Shown: positions 48,973-59,082 of the stretch, one piece after another | Position numbering within the stretch: position 1 is the first letter of the stretch | Layout of the letters: every line of letters begins with the position of its first letter | From: Caldilineaceae bacterium | Lineage (GTDB): Bacteria; Chloroflexota; Anaerolineae; Caldilineales; Caldilineaceae | Reading direction: 5' to 3' | DNA length: 64,000 nucleotides | Assembly (NCBI GenBank): GCA_965214895.1 | Contig: OZ243985.1 | Coordinates: 110,100-174,099 of the forward strand | Made by a program: the position numbers and the translations under genes | Notes under the pieces: model-generated | What the model was told of the DNA's origin: nothing | What the model saw: the letters and a program-made list of their open reading frames with translations, nothing else | Database searches by the model: none

Positions 48973-49437
48973 CTACGCGTGCTGGGCCCACTGTGCCAGC
49001 CTCTTCTCCGGCGAGGTGATTTCCTCCATCGAGGTGTAGTAGTAATCCTGCCAACCCTTCTCGGGCAGTCCGGTGAACAGCATCAGATTCAGAGGGTACC
49101 CCTCGCTGTCGGCGGTAACGCGAAAGTCGTCTCGAAACAGGAAGGTTGGCTTCTTCAGCGCGATCGCCATCCCCAGCTCCACCATCACTCCCTCGTCCGG
49201 CGGGACGCCATTGACAACGGCAAAGATGGCATCCGCCTCAGCCACGTCGCGGTAATCCGCCTGGCCTATCCGATACGCCCACCCTGCCTGTTGGAAGTCA
49301 ATCTGATTGTTCCGGCTAAACGGCTCCCACACTTCCAGACCCAGTTCCTCCAAGGCGGTTACCAGCGGCGGCAGAAGAGTGGTCATCCAATGCGGGGAAA
49401 ACCCATAGGGATTGGCCAGATAAATTGTTTTGGGCAT
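48973..49437 (-). CDS. Nucleoside 2-deoxyribosyltransferase family protein
   Basis: Only the last 154 aa of track ORF 48973..50100 look real (ATG 49435-49437, GGAG 8 nt upstream). Motifs 'IYLANPYGFS' and 'IFAVVNGVPPDEGVMVELGMAIALKKP'. Confidence 0.75.
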   Translation of the reverse strand: MPKTIYLANPYGFSPHWMTTLLPPLVTALEELGLEVWEPFSRNNQIDFQQAGWAYRIGQADYRDVAEADAIFAVVNGVPPDEGVMVELGMAIALKKPTFLFRDDFRVTADSEGYPLNLMLFTGLPEKGWQDYYYTSMEEITSPEKRLAQWAQHA

Positions 49438-49706
49438 CCTTGATCTCCAGGATCCACAGGGGACGTACCGCAAACCGACCGCGCGGTGCAGGCACAAGAC
49501 TATCACAGTTCCCAAGACAGGAATCCAGGCCCTGCCGCGGCAGGCCGGGCGGAAAATCCCGCGGGGCCAGGCCAAAACCGACAACACTCTGTAGAGGAAA
49601 CTGGCGCCAGTGCGAACGATCAACCTCTGCGCCAGTCGCGGCGACCCATTTCCGGTGCCGGCACGTCTGTCCGGGAGCATGGCCCACAGGGAGGCAAAAC
49701 CGGGTT

Positions 49707-50549
49707 TCAGCAACCGGTTTCGGCGGTTCCGTCCTGATGGGCCTGCGCCTGCAGCCGGGCGCGCAGGCGGACAATCTCGGCTTCGGCCTGGTCGGCGCGC
49801 ACCCGATCCTGCGCGGCTTGGGCTTCGGCCTGGTCGGCGCGCACCCGATCCTGCGCGGCTTGGGCTTCGGCCTGCGCGGCCCGGTCCCGGTCCTGCGCAG
49901 CCTGACGCCGGATTCGGCGCAGGGCCGCCGGCGTCGTCCGGTACCAGTCTGCCTGCTGCGGCTCCCGCAGCCGCAGCACCCCGTCCTCCGTCAGCCCCCA
50001 ATCCGTCTGCAGCACCGCACTGGCATACAACACAGCCGGCCGCCCGGACACCTCTTGGCGATACTCCGGGATCGGCACATATGCTCCGCCGTCCAGCCAC
50101 CAGCCGCGCAGCGGCTCGTCGCCGGCATGAGTGTCCGGATCATACAGCCAGTATTCCGCCACGCCGATCCGCCGATAGATTTCGTGCTTGGTGTGTGCAT
50201 CCTCCATCCCGGTGTGTGCTGACACCACTTCCAGAACCAGGACCGGACATAGATCTGCGGACAGCTCCAGTGAGCCGTACTTTTCTTGCTCCAGCCGCAG
50301 ATGCCCCGGCCACAGCGCCACATCCGGGGCCACCCCGGGTTTGAGCGGAATGTTCCGGATCAGCAGATCGCTGGCCAGCGAGTAGGGCAGACCGCACTCC
50401 TCCAGATGCAGGCGCAGATCGTGGACAATTCGTGCCAGCCGGTAGAAATGTTCCGACGACTGCAAGGTCTGCACCCCCTCCTCGCCACAAAAGGGATCCC
50501 AAGTCATCCGTAACGCCTGCCGTTCGACAGGAGACGCAAGTGTCGCCAC
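49707..50549 (-). CDS. Uma2 family (DUF820) putative endonuclease with repeat-encoded coiled-coil tail
   Basis: Core 'PVLVLEVVSAHTGMEDAHTKHEIYRRIGVAEYWLYDP'. C-terminal 'AQAAQDRVRADQAE' repeats. The start is GTG 50549 or ATG 50507. Confidence 0.8.
   Translation of the reverse strand: MATLASPVERQALRMTWDPFCGEEGVQTLQSSEHFYRLARIVHDLRLHLEECGLPYSLASDLLIRNIPLKPGVAPDVALWPGHLRLEQEKYGSLELSADLCPVLVLEVVSAHTGMEDAHTKHEIYRRIGVAEYWLYDPDTHAGDEPLRGWWLDGGAYVPIPEYRQEVSGRPAVLYASAVLQTDWGLTEDGVLRLREPQQADWYRTTPAALRRIRRQAAQDRDRAAQAEAQAAQDRVRADQAEAQAAQDRVRADQAEAEIVRLRARLQAQAHQDGTAETGC
49778..49903. repeat. 42-bp tandem repeat (2 identical copies + 1 diverged) in the 3' part of the Uma2 gene
   Basis: The unit GGCTTCGGCCTGGTCGGCGCGCACCCGATCCTGCGCGGCTTG occurs at 49778 and 49820. 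A diverged third copy starts at 49862. Confidence 0.85.
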
Positions 50550-50893
50550 GGGTCAACTCCTTGTGGCACGGACTGGGCCGTGCATGCAATGCAACGGCTC
50601 CATCATACCATGGCGCCGACCGCACCGCATGCATGCACGGCCCAGTCTTTCCCGCGGCGGGAGCCCTGAAGACAGGGCGGTCCCGGAGATGGCAGGACTC
50701 CACGGATTCCGGCTTGGGGCCCCGGTCCGCACCGGTGCAGGGCAGAAAACCGCACCGCCTCCAGGGTGCCTTTATAATTCACGATGCCTTCCATGATTTT
50801 CGAACTCGGTACAGGCCCGGCGGGCCAGAGGCTATTCCGCCGGCCCCACGGGTGGGACTGGCGCCGGGGCTGTGCAACCAAGGACTCCATCAC

Positions 50894-53083
50894 ATGAACG
50901 ATCGAATTGCATTGCACGGGTTGCGCGTGGATGAACGGCTCTTCAACCTGGTGCGCGACGACATTGCGCCCGGCACAGGGGTGGATCCGGATTCGTTCTG
51001 GGCGGCGTTTTCCCGGATCGTGCAGGACCTCGGACCCCGCAACAGGCAGCTGCTGGAGCAGCGCAATGAACTGCAGCGCCGCATAGACCGCTGGTATGAC
51101 CAGCGCGCCGGTCGGCGCACTCCGTCGGAGCAAAAGGAGTTTCTGCAGGAAATCGGGTATTTGGAGCCCGAAGCCCCGGTCGCGCAGATCAGCACGGCCC
51201 ACGTGGATCCGGAAATCTCGTTGCAGGCCGGACCGCAGCTGGTCGTTCCCGTGGACAACGCCCGCTATGCGCTCAACGCCGCCAACGCCCGCTGGGGCAG
51301 CCTGTACGATGCCCTGTATGGCACGGATGCCATTCCCGAGAATGAAGGCAGAGAGGTCAGCGGGGCCTACAATCCGGTGCGCGGTGCCGCGGTCATCCAG
51401 TGGGCGGAGCGCATGCTGGATCGCATCTTTCCCCTGACGGAAGGCGGGCACGGCGATGTCACGGCCTACCGCCTGCGCGCCACCCTCCAAGGCTTCCGGC
51501 TGGAATGCGAGCTCGAATCCGGTCAGACCGCGCAGCTGCAGGATCCAGCCCAGTACGTGGGGCACCGCCAGGACGGGGCAGCGCTGACCCTGGCGCTGCT
51601 GGTCCACAACCACCTGCATGTGGAACTGCACTTCGACCGCCAGCATCCCGTCGGCCGCACCCATCCCGCGGGCCTGAAGGACATTGTCATCGAGGCGGCG
51701 GTCACCACCATTCAGGACTTCGAGGATTCCGTGGCCGCCGTGGACACCGAGGACAAGGTGCGGGTCTACAGCAACTGGTGCCACATCATGAAGGGGGATC
51801 TGGAAGCCACTTTCGAAAAGAACCACAGCGCTTTCACGCGGCGCCTGGCCCCGGACCGCAACTACACGGCCCCGGACGGCGCAGACCTGACCCTTCCCGG
51901 CCGCAGCCTGCTGCTGGTCCGGCATGTGGGCCTGCACATGTACACGGATGCCGTCACCACCGATACCGGACAGGCCGTGCCGGAAGGATTCCTGGATGCC
52001 ATGGTGGCCACACTGGCCGCCCTGCACGATCTGCGCCAGACCGGCTCCGTCCGCAATTCGCGGACGGGCAGTGTATACGTGGTCAAGCCCAAGCTGCACG
52101 GCAGTGGCGAGGTGCAGCTCACGCTGGAACTCTTCGCCGCCGTGGAGACCACCCTGGGACTGGAGCCCAACACCCTCAAGCTGGGCATCATGGATGAGGA
52201 ACGACGCACCACCGTCAATCTGGGCAACGCCATTCAGCAGGCCCGGGCACGCGTCGTCTTCATCAATACCGGCTTCCTGGATCGCACGGGGGACGAACTG
52301 CACACGTCCATGCGAGCGGGGGCCATGCTGCCCAAATCCGAAATCCGGGAACAGCCGTGGCTTTCCGGCTACGAGGACTGGAATGTGGACCAGGGCCTGC
52401 GGGCCGGCTTCGCGGGGCGAGCCCAGATCGGCAAGGGCATGTGGACCATGCCGGATGCCCTGGGGGAAATGCTGCACACCAAGATGAATCATCCCCGGGC
52501 CGGGGCTTCCACGGCCTGGGTGCCCTCACCCACCGCGGCCACCCTGCACGCGCTGCATTACCACCTGGTGGATGTACACCAGCGGCAGCGGGAACTGACG
52601 GCCCAGCCGCCGGTGTCCATCGACGATATCCTGCGGCCGCCCTTGATGGAAGACAGACCGGCGGCCGCCGACATCCAGAAGGAACTGGACAACAACCTGC
52701 AGGGCATCCTCGGCTACGTGGTGCGCTGGGTGAACCAAGGCGTGGGCTGTTCCAAGGTGCCGGACATCAACGGCATCGGGCTCATGGAGGATCGGGCCAC
52801 GCTGCGCATTTCCAGTCAGCACGTCGCCAACTGGCTGCTGCACGGGATAGTGACGCCAGAGCAGGTGCGCAGCGCCTTCGCGCGCATGGCCGCGGTCGTG
52901 GATGCACAGAACGCGGGCGAAGAGGCATACATTCCCATGACTCCGGAACTGGAAGACAGCCAGGCTTTCCAGGCCGCCCAGGATTTGGTCTTTCAAGGCG
53001 CTCGCCTGCCCAACGGCTACACAGAACCCATCCTGCATGCGCGCCGCAGGGCGGTCAAGGCGCGGGCCGCGTTGGGAATCTAG
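50894..53083 (+). CDS. glcB: Malate synthase G
   Basis: 729 aa from ATG 50894. Motifs 'NARWGSLYDALYGTD', 'GIMDEERRTT', 'FINTGFLDRTGDE', 'STAWVPSPTAATLHA'. The upstream 154 codons of the track ORF are not coding-like. Confidence 0.95.
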   Translation: MNDRIALHGLRVDERLFNLVRDDIAPGTGVDPDSFWAAFSRIVQDLGPRNRQLLEQRNELQRRIDRWYDQRAGRRTPSEQKEFLQEIGYLEPEAPVAQISTAHVDPEISLQAGPQLVVPVDNARYALNAANARWGSLYDALYGTDAIPENEGREVSGAYNPVRGAAVIQWAERMLDRIFPLTEGGHGDVTAYRLRATLQGFRLECELESGQTAQLQDPAQYVGHRQDGAALTLALLVHNHLHVELHFDRQHPVGRTHPAGLKDIVIEAAVTTIQDFEDSVAAVDTEDKVRVYSNWCHIMKGDLEATFEKNHSAFTRRLAPDRNYTAPDGADLTLPGRSLLLVRHVGLHMYTDAVTTDTGQAVPEGFLDAMVATLAALHDLRQTGSVRNSRTGSVYVVKPKLHGSGEVQLTLELFAAVETTLGLEPNTLKLGIMDEERRTTVNLGNAIQQARARVVFINTGFLDRTGDELHTSMRAGAMLPKSEIREQPWLSGYEDWNVDQGLRAGFAGRAQIGKGMWTMPDALGEMLHTKMNHPRAGASTAWVPSPTAATLHALHYHLVDVHQRQRELTAQPPVSIDDILRPPLMEDRPAAADIQKELDNNLQGILGYVVRWVNQGVGCSKVPDINGIGLMEDRATLRISSQHVANWLLHGIVTPEQVRSAFARMAAVVDAQNAGEEAYIPMTPELEDSQAFQAAQDLVFQGARLPNGYTEPILHARRRAVKARAALGI

Positions 53084-53086
53084 CCT

Positions 53087-53107
53087 CCGCAGTGGTGGCC
53101 ACTGCGG
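53087..53107. terminator. Hairpin between convergent genes (possible bidirectional terminator)
   Basis: CCGCAGTGG-tgg-CCACTGCGG starts 4 nt after the glcB stop and ends 6 nt before the stop of the convergent isomerase gene. Confidence 0.5.
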
Positions 53108-53112
53108 GCTGA

Positions 53113-53916
53113 CTACAGGGCGGCCAGGGTCTCCCGCAAGAAATTCACTGACTTCTGCAGAGACTGCAAGGGATCATCCCCGGACACGGCGCTTTCAAAC
53201 GCCAGATACCCGTTGAAGCCAATGTCCCTCAGGGCCTGCAGCCCCGCGCGCCAGTCAATGTCGCCGGTGCCCGGCTCCTGGCGTGTGTTGTCCGCCACAT
53301 GCACATGGCCCACATGCTGGCCGGCTGCCCGAAACGCCTGGGGCGTGTCGGGCTCTTCAATGTGCATGTGAAAGAAGTCACTGAGCAGAGCCACCCCTGC
53401 CGGCGCTCCGGCCATCTCAATGATGTCAACTCCGTCCTGCTGCCGCCGCAGCAGGTGCTGCTCATACCGATTCAGAGGTTCCAAGAGCAGCAGGGTGCCG
53501 CGCGCGTGGGCGTAGGGAGCCATCTCGCGCACGATCTCGGCCAGCAACTGCCGCTCCAGCTCTTCGGCCGTATGCAAGGGAGACAGATCCGGCAGGCGCG
53601 GGGGGCCAAAGATCGGGGGCACAATCTGGCCCGCCGCCCCGAAGTGTCCACAAAACTCCAGGTTGCGTCGTGTCTCCTCCAGGCTGACCGCCCGTTTGGC
53701 CGGATCCGGGTCCAGCCAGTCGAAGTGCGCCTGACCACAGACGGAAGAGATGCAGACCGACCGGCCCTGCAACGCCGTTTCATATTCCGCCACGCGGGTA
53801 TAGAGGTCCGCATCGCCCCAGAGTTCAATGCCTTCGATGCCCAGCCGCTCCGCCGCGTCCAGCCTGGCTGCCAGCGAATCTCCCGGCAGCATGCGTTCCT
53901 GAATGGAAATCTTCAT
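53113..53916 (-). CDS. Sugar phosphate isomerase/epimerase (xylose-isomerase-like TIM barrel)
   Basis: ATG 53914-53916 sits 6 nt after GGGAGG. Motifs 'GIELW', 'LLLEPLNRYE', 'GHVHVADN', 'GYLAFES'. Confidence 0.8.
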   Translation of the reverse strand: MKISIQERMLPGDSLAARLDAAERLGIEGIELWGDADLYTRVAEYETALQGRSVCISSVCGQAHFDWLDPDPAKRAVSLEETRRNLEFCGHFGAAGQIVPPIFGPPRLPDLSPLHTAEELERQLLAEIVREMAPYAHARGTLLLLEPLNRYEQHLLRRQQDGVDIIEMAGAPAGVALLSDFFHMHIEEPDTPQAFRAAGQHVGHVHVADNTRQEPGTGDIDWRAGLQALRDIGFNGYLAFESAVSGDDPLQSLQKSVNFLRETLAAL

Positions 53917-53949
53917 AGGGTTCCTCCCGTCTTGCCCATGTCGCAGCAC

Positions 53950-55089
53950 TTATACGCTGTGACGTTCAATGTAGTCGTGATTCAGGTGCAAGCCCAGGCC
54001 CGGCCGGTCCGAGACCCGCACATTGCCGCGGTCGTCCATGGGGTCTACCGGTTCCAGGAGCCAGGGGGCCAGTGCGTCGTAGTCAATGAAGGGATGCAGC
54101 AAGCCCCGTTCGTAATATTGGCCGGGTATGCCCATGGCACAAAGCACATGCAGGTTGCCGACGCCGCCCCCATGCACTTCCATCCGCATGCCAAAGGATT
54201 CTGCCAGATGCGCAATTTTCAAAAGAGGCGTGATGCCCCCCACGTCTCCAATGCCCCCGCGTACCAGATCGCAGGCTCCGGCCTTGATCCACTCCGCGCG
54301 CACATGCATCTTGCCCTCGGCCGTTTCCGGACCACAGATGGGCAGTGCCGTCTGCGCGCAGAGCCATACGTAGGACGACATGCTGGACTCGTCCATGGGC
54401 TCTTCCATCCAGAAGTAATTCAGTTCCTCAAGTCCCTGGGCCAGCGCCAGCGCTTCCAGGCGGGAGTAGTAATGGAACGGGTCCAGCATGAGATGGGCAT
54501 CGGGTCCGTAGACCTCCCGCACCGCAGCGCACGCATCCAGATCCCGTTTCACGTTGGGGGCGCCTTCATAGGGAGGTTGCCACGTATGCAGCTTGAAGGC
54601 CGGATAGCCGCGCTCCAGACACCAGGAGGCAAAGAGACCATAGGCTTCCGGCGTGTCCAGGCCGCCTTCCAGATCGTCTCCGCACATGGTACTGGCGTAG
54701 GCCGGCACCTCGTCCCGGGCGGCACCGATCAGGCGATGTACCGGCAGGTTGGCCTGTTTGCCCGCCAGATCCCACAAGGCCAGATCCACCGCGGCCAAGA
54801 TCCGGTCTGACAACACGCCGATGTGCAGCCGTTGCCGTTCCTTCAAGGATTGCCAGATGCGTTCCCGATAGAGGGGATTTTCGCCAATCAGATAGGGTGC
54901 CACATGGGCCTGGATCACGGCCGGGTTGACTCCGCCCAGATACTGCCCTTCCAGGTCCGTGTCCGTCTTGATGGTCATCAGAGTCTGCCGGGCTTCGTGG
55001 GCCGGTCCCGGATGGCCATGGCCTTCCGAATCCCGGACCGTGCAGGAGGTATAAGTAAAGTCCTGAAAGCTGAATTCCGTGATTTTCAT
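53950..55089 (-). CDS. Enolase-superfamily enzyme (mandelate racemase / muconate lactonizing enzyme family, sugar-acid dehydratase-like)
   Basis: ATG 55087-55089 ('MKITEFSF'). Motifs 'AVDLALWDLAGK', 'FKLHTW', 'LMLDPFH', 'FWMEEP', 'GDVGGIT'. Confidence 0.85.
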   Translation of the reverse strand: MKITEFSFQDFTYTSCTVRDSEGHGHPGPAHEARQTLMTIKTDTDLEGQYLGGVNPAVIQAHVAPYLIGENPLYRERIWQSLKERQRLHIGVLSDRILAAVDLALWDLAGKQANLPVHRLIGAARDEVPAYASTMCGDDLEGGLDTPEAYGLFASWCLERGYPAFKLHTWQPPYEGAPNVKRDLDACAAVREVYGPDAHLMLDPFHYYSRLEALALAQGLEELNYFWMEEPMDESSMSSYVWLCAQTALPICGPETAEGKMHVRAEWIKAGACDLVRGGIGDVGGITPLLKIAHLAESFGMRMEVHGGGVGNLHVLCAMGIPGQYYERGLLHPFIDYDALAPWLLEPVDPMDDRGNVRVSDRPGLGLHLNHDYIERHSV

Positions 55090-55342
55090 GGGGGCAAGGT
55101 CCTGGTCGTGCCGCTTGCCGCCGTCGCCAGGGCCTTGCGCAGAAGGACCTCGGCCGGGACAACCGGGCCGGAGAATACATCTTGTAAGTGTACTTGAATC
55201 CGTCCTGCCGCGCGGCCGGAACCATAACCCGCCCGTCCGCCGCGGGATTGGCCCCCTTGCCTTTCCTTGCAGGATAATGAAACGGCGCAGGGCCGCTGCG
55301 CGGTCCCAGGCGCTGAACCCACATTGCATCAAGGATGGTCCC

Positions 55343-56353
55343 ATGTTGCGCATTGCCATGCTCAGTTTTGCCCACGTACATGCCGGTGGCTACGCCGCGC
55401 ACATCGTCCAACATCCGGAAGCCGACATGGTATGCGTCTGGGATGACATGGACACGCGCGGCCAGGAAGCCGCGGCTCGACTGAACCTGCCCTATGACAA
55501 CGACCTGGATCGGGTCCTGGGTCGGGAGGATGTCGACGCGGTAGTCGTCAATGCCACCACCCACACGCATCGGGACGTGCTGATAGCCGCGGCCCGGGCC
55601 GGCAAGCACATCTTCACGGAGAAGGCCCTCACCGTGACTCTGGCCGAGGCCGAGGAGGTAACCCGCGCGGTCAAGACCCGTAGAGTCAAGTTTATGATCT
55701 CGCTGCCCAGCCGCACCATGCCCCAGACCCTATATGCCCGCCGCGTGCTGGAGGCCGGCTGGCTGGGAGATCTCACCATGATGCGCGCCCGCATTGCGCA
55801 CAGTGCAGCCTTGGGCAAATGGTTCAAGGGCGGCACCCTGTGGTTCGGAGATGCGCAGCAGGCCGGCGGCGGCTCTCTTTTTGATCTGGGTTGTCACACG
55901 GTGGACATCATGCGCTGGTTCCTGGGTCCGCCGCGCAGCGTGGTAGCGCGCGTGCAGAATTTTTCCGGAGCCTACGACATTGACGATCAGGCTGCGGCCG
56001 TAGTGGAGTTCACCTCGGGCGCCTTGGGGATCCTGGACGTCTCCTGGGTGCAGCAGGCTGGCCCCAACCGCATTGAGATCTACGGCACCAAAGGCTTTCT
56101 GGGTTGGGAAACCGGCACGGGTCGCATGGAAATCCAGGGCACCGACCACATTGACGGAACCCCCCTCAGCGGGACACTACAGATCAATCCCCGGTCCCTG
56201 CCCGAGGCCTTGCCCATGCCCATGGATCAGTGGATCGCGGCGATCCTGCACGACACCGAAATGACCATCACCATCGACGATGGCCGCAACCTCAACGAGT
56301 TGCTGGAGGGGATCTACGTCTCTGCCCGCGAGGATCGCGCGTACCGGTTCTAG
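55343..56353 (+). CDS. Gfo/Idh/MocA family oxidoreductase
   Basis: ATG 55343 ('MLRIAMLSFAHVHA'). Motifs 'HIFTEKAL' and 'DLGCHTVD'. The stop TAG at 56351-56353 is part of the CTAG target duplication of the adjacent IS. Confidence 0.85.
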   Translation: MLRIAMLSFAHVHAGGYAAHIVQHPEADMVCVWDDMDTRGQEAAARLNLPYDNDLDRVLGREDVDAVVVNATTHTHRDVLIAAARAGKHIFTEKALTVTLAEAEEVTRAVKTRRVKFMISLPSRTMPQTLYARRVLEAGWLGDLTMMRARIAHSAALGKWFKGGTLWFGDAQQAGGGSLFDLGCHTVDIMRWFLGPPRSVVARVQNFSGAYDIDDQAAAVVEFTSGALGILDVSWVQQAGPNRIEIYGTKGFLGWETGTGRMEIQGTDHIDGTPLSGTLQINPRSLPEALPMPMDQWIAAILHDTEMTITIDDGRNLNELLEGIYVSAREDRAYRF

Positions 56354-57226
56354 GGCGTGTTGATTAATTTGTGGAAACAGGGCAGGCCATGCGATCCAAG
56401 TCCCCACCACGGAGCCACCCCATGGCGCCACGACTGATCCTGACCGATGACATGTGGGTGCGGATCGAGACCGTGCGGGCCGAAATCCGTCCCCGGGTGG
56501 GCCGTCCTTCGATTTTGGGCGACCGGATGTTCGGGGAAGCCGTGCTGTACCCCACCCGGGCCGGCAGTCCCGGGCGCGCCCGGCCCGCGGACTGCGGGCA
56601 ATGGGACACGGGGTACCCGCGGGTTCGCACGGGGGAACGCCCAGGCCTCGGGGCCGCATGGTGGCGCCGGGTCCCGCCCGTATCCGGCGCGGCGGAGCTG
56701 TGGGCGGCCCGGTACGTGGATTCCACCATCAGGCGTGCGCATCCGCATGCGGCGGGGGCCGCCCAACAGGGGGCGGTCCGGAAGCCCCAGCCCTCGGGCG
56801 CGCCCGGGGCGGTTGCTCCACCCAGCGGCACGCCCTCGGCCTGGAGGACCCGACCGGCCTCGGGTTCGCCTGGACCGGCGGGGAGCGGCCGGACGGGGAG
56901 GGGTGCGCGGCCCTGGGGCCGGAGGCCGTCACCCGGTTGCCGCCGACCGCCGCGGTCAGGGATCGGGCGTAGGACCGCGCCGCCCTCCGGGACCCGCGGG
57001 CGGCCCCGGCGGTGGCGGCCGTGATTCCGGCCCAGCAGCACCGCACGGAGCCTATCCCCCATGACCTGGCGCAGTACGAGTGGCGGGAACAGAGCGAGCG
57101 TTTCTTCCCCCGTCTCCAGCCGTTGCGGGGCAGGGCCACGCGCTGTGCCCAGTGGCAGCGCCCCTTGCGGGCCCTGGGGCAGGGGGCGGCCACCTGGATC
57201 CTGCTGCGATCATTAATCCACACGCC
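56354..57226 (+). mobile_element. IS5-family insertion sequence (IS427/IS5-like, DUF4096 + DDE transposase), transposase apparently inactivated
   Basis: 873 bp. Terminal inverted repeats GGCGTGTTGATTAAT (56354-56368) and ATTAATCCACACGCC (57212-57226) show 14/15 complementarity. CTAG flanks both sides (56350-56353 and 57227-57230). Transposase signatures: 'LTDDMWVRIE', 'GRPSILGDRMFGEAVLY', 'VDSTIRRAHPHAAGA', 'ALGRARGG', 'VIPAQQHR...Y.WREQSERFFPRL...GRATRC'. These are split by a -1 shift at the G5 run 56769-56773 and an in-frame TAG at 56970-56972. Confidence 0.8.
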
Positions 57227-57387
57227 CTAGGTCTGCAGCCGCGCCGGTGCAAGGCGGTCAGACGCAGCCTGCAGGAGCTGCTTGAATAAAAAATATAAAG
57301 TTCTATATTTAGTGCAGCCTAGCGAACGGGGAACAGGCAGTGTTTTCCCTCATGTTCACCTCGACAGGCGCGAGGCGCAGTGCCTGC

Positions 57388-59082
57388 TCACCCGGCCCAG
57401 GCCGTGTCGGTTCGCCCCTCCACCAGACATGCCGCCATGGCGCAACTCACACCGATAAGGAAATTGCACGCTCCCATGGTGAGCAAATGCTGGAACGTCA
57501 TGCCGCACAGGGCCATCACCACCGTCCACCCGACGATGGCATCCCGAGTCAGGGAGACCGGCATGGTCCAACTTAAACGCCCCAAAAAGAACAAGGCCAG
57601 AACGAAACAGGCCAAGGGCACAATGCCGGCTTCACCCAACAGCATCAGATACAGATTATGGACACCATGCGGTCGGCCATGATAGCCGAAGGGAGCGCCC
57701 TGCCAGAAAATGCAATTGGTACAGACTGTGACCCACGATGGGCGATTCCCGGATTTTTACGAAACCCATTTCCCACAAGTCCATGCGCCGCGACAGACTA
57801 TTAGAGCTATTAGGGCGGATTTCGCCTCTGATGTCCCCTATAGTAGCGTGGGCGGAGATCGCTGTCCCATTCTCCGATGCCAGTATCGGGCCTATGGCGA
57901 CTGTCTGTACCCGATACGTTACACCCGCTTTCTCGTATGAGATGGAGGCACGCAGGAACTGGCCTTGGTCGTCCGCGGTCGGGATGTAACTGTATGATGA
58001 CGGGTGGTGGTTGTCAATGTCGGTCCAAGCGGTGTCGTTGGGCATATAGGCATCGCCGCGCCGGGCACGGGTCCGTTGCCACTGCCAGAACGGGACGGGA
58101 TTGTCGTCGATACGGTGCTCCCTGTCTTCAGCCATATAGACGACGATGGTGTCCCCTACGCGCGTCACTTCCTGCAGGTCTCTCACCATGGCCACGCCTG
58201 TCTGCACTTTGGGCAGTGCGTCAGACGCCGGTAGCAATGGTGTCGGCGATGGTCGTAGCAGGATGAAGAAGAACCGCACAATGCCAACGATGCCTAGGAC
58301 AGACAGACCGGTACGCAATGGATCCTGCTGCAGACAACGCATATTCACGAGCAGAGAAAGTGTCAGAAGCACCTCCAGAACAACCAACGCGGTAAAGGAA
58401 ACCGAGGCAAATGTGGCAGCATACCCTAGGACCAGAGCCGCATATGCGAGCCGGCGTGGTTGACCGCGGTACAGCAACACCAACGCCAGCGCAACTGTCA
58501 TGCAGGCGATGAAGCCCGCGTCATTGGGATCAGTGAAAGTGCCGGTGGCCCGTCCAGCCGGTACGGCGGCAACACACCCAGGTCACGCAGCAGCGGCGAG
58601 GCCAGAATGACGGCGCAGCTCGCCGTCAAAATCACCAGCATTCGCTGCAACAGCATCTCGCTCCCGATGCGCTCCAGCAGCGCGCGGCCCCCCAGAATGG
58701 CCGCCAGGGTGACGAGCAAGAAGAAGGCCTGGCGCAACACGTCGCGGGGCTGCAGCAATGTGATGTCGGTAAAAAGCAGGACCGCGGTGCCAATGACCAG
58801 GTAGGACGCCATGGTGGCGAGGACCAGGATGCCAGGCGTGCCCAGAGACATCCACCTGTGGGCATTTACGCAACCCAGCAGCAGCAGGCAGCCGAGGAGC
58901 ATGGTCCCCAGGACCAGCGGCCTGATCACACTGCCCTGCAGGTTGATCTGGACCATGACAGCCAGCCCAAAGAACGCCAACGTAATACAGGGATTGAATA
59001 TAAACTCTCGTCTTTGCCACAGCGCGGGGATCAACGACAACACAATACAGCGGCCTCCAACATTGGAATATCGAATCCACAT
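57388..59082 (-). pseudogene. O-antigen ligase / polymerase (Wzy_C) family membrane protein read in three frames (frameshifted, or sequencing artefacts)
   Basis: Three consecutive minus-strand ORFs (59082-58498, 58501-57656, 57645-57388) together give the family pattern. That pattern is N-terminal TM helices, 'G(A)TGTFTDPNDAGFIACM', 'RRMDLWEMGFVKIRESPIVGHSLYQLHF' and 'WQGAPFGYHGRPHGVHNLYLMLLGEAGIVPL'. The frame junctions fall at CCC 58549-58551 and AAAA 57697-57700 (plus-strand coordinates). Confidence 0.7.

Noticed and set aside
56364-57062. 232-aa minus-strand ORF and other long ORFs inside the IS element.
   Set aside because: They come from an extremely GC-rich sequence with Arg/Pro/Gly-rich translations. 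Only the plus-strand frames contain IS5-family transposase motifs.
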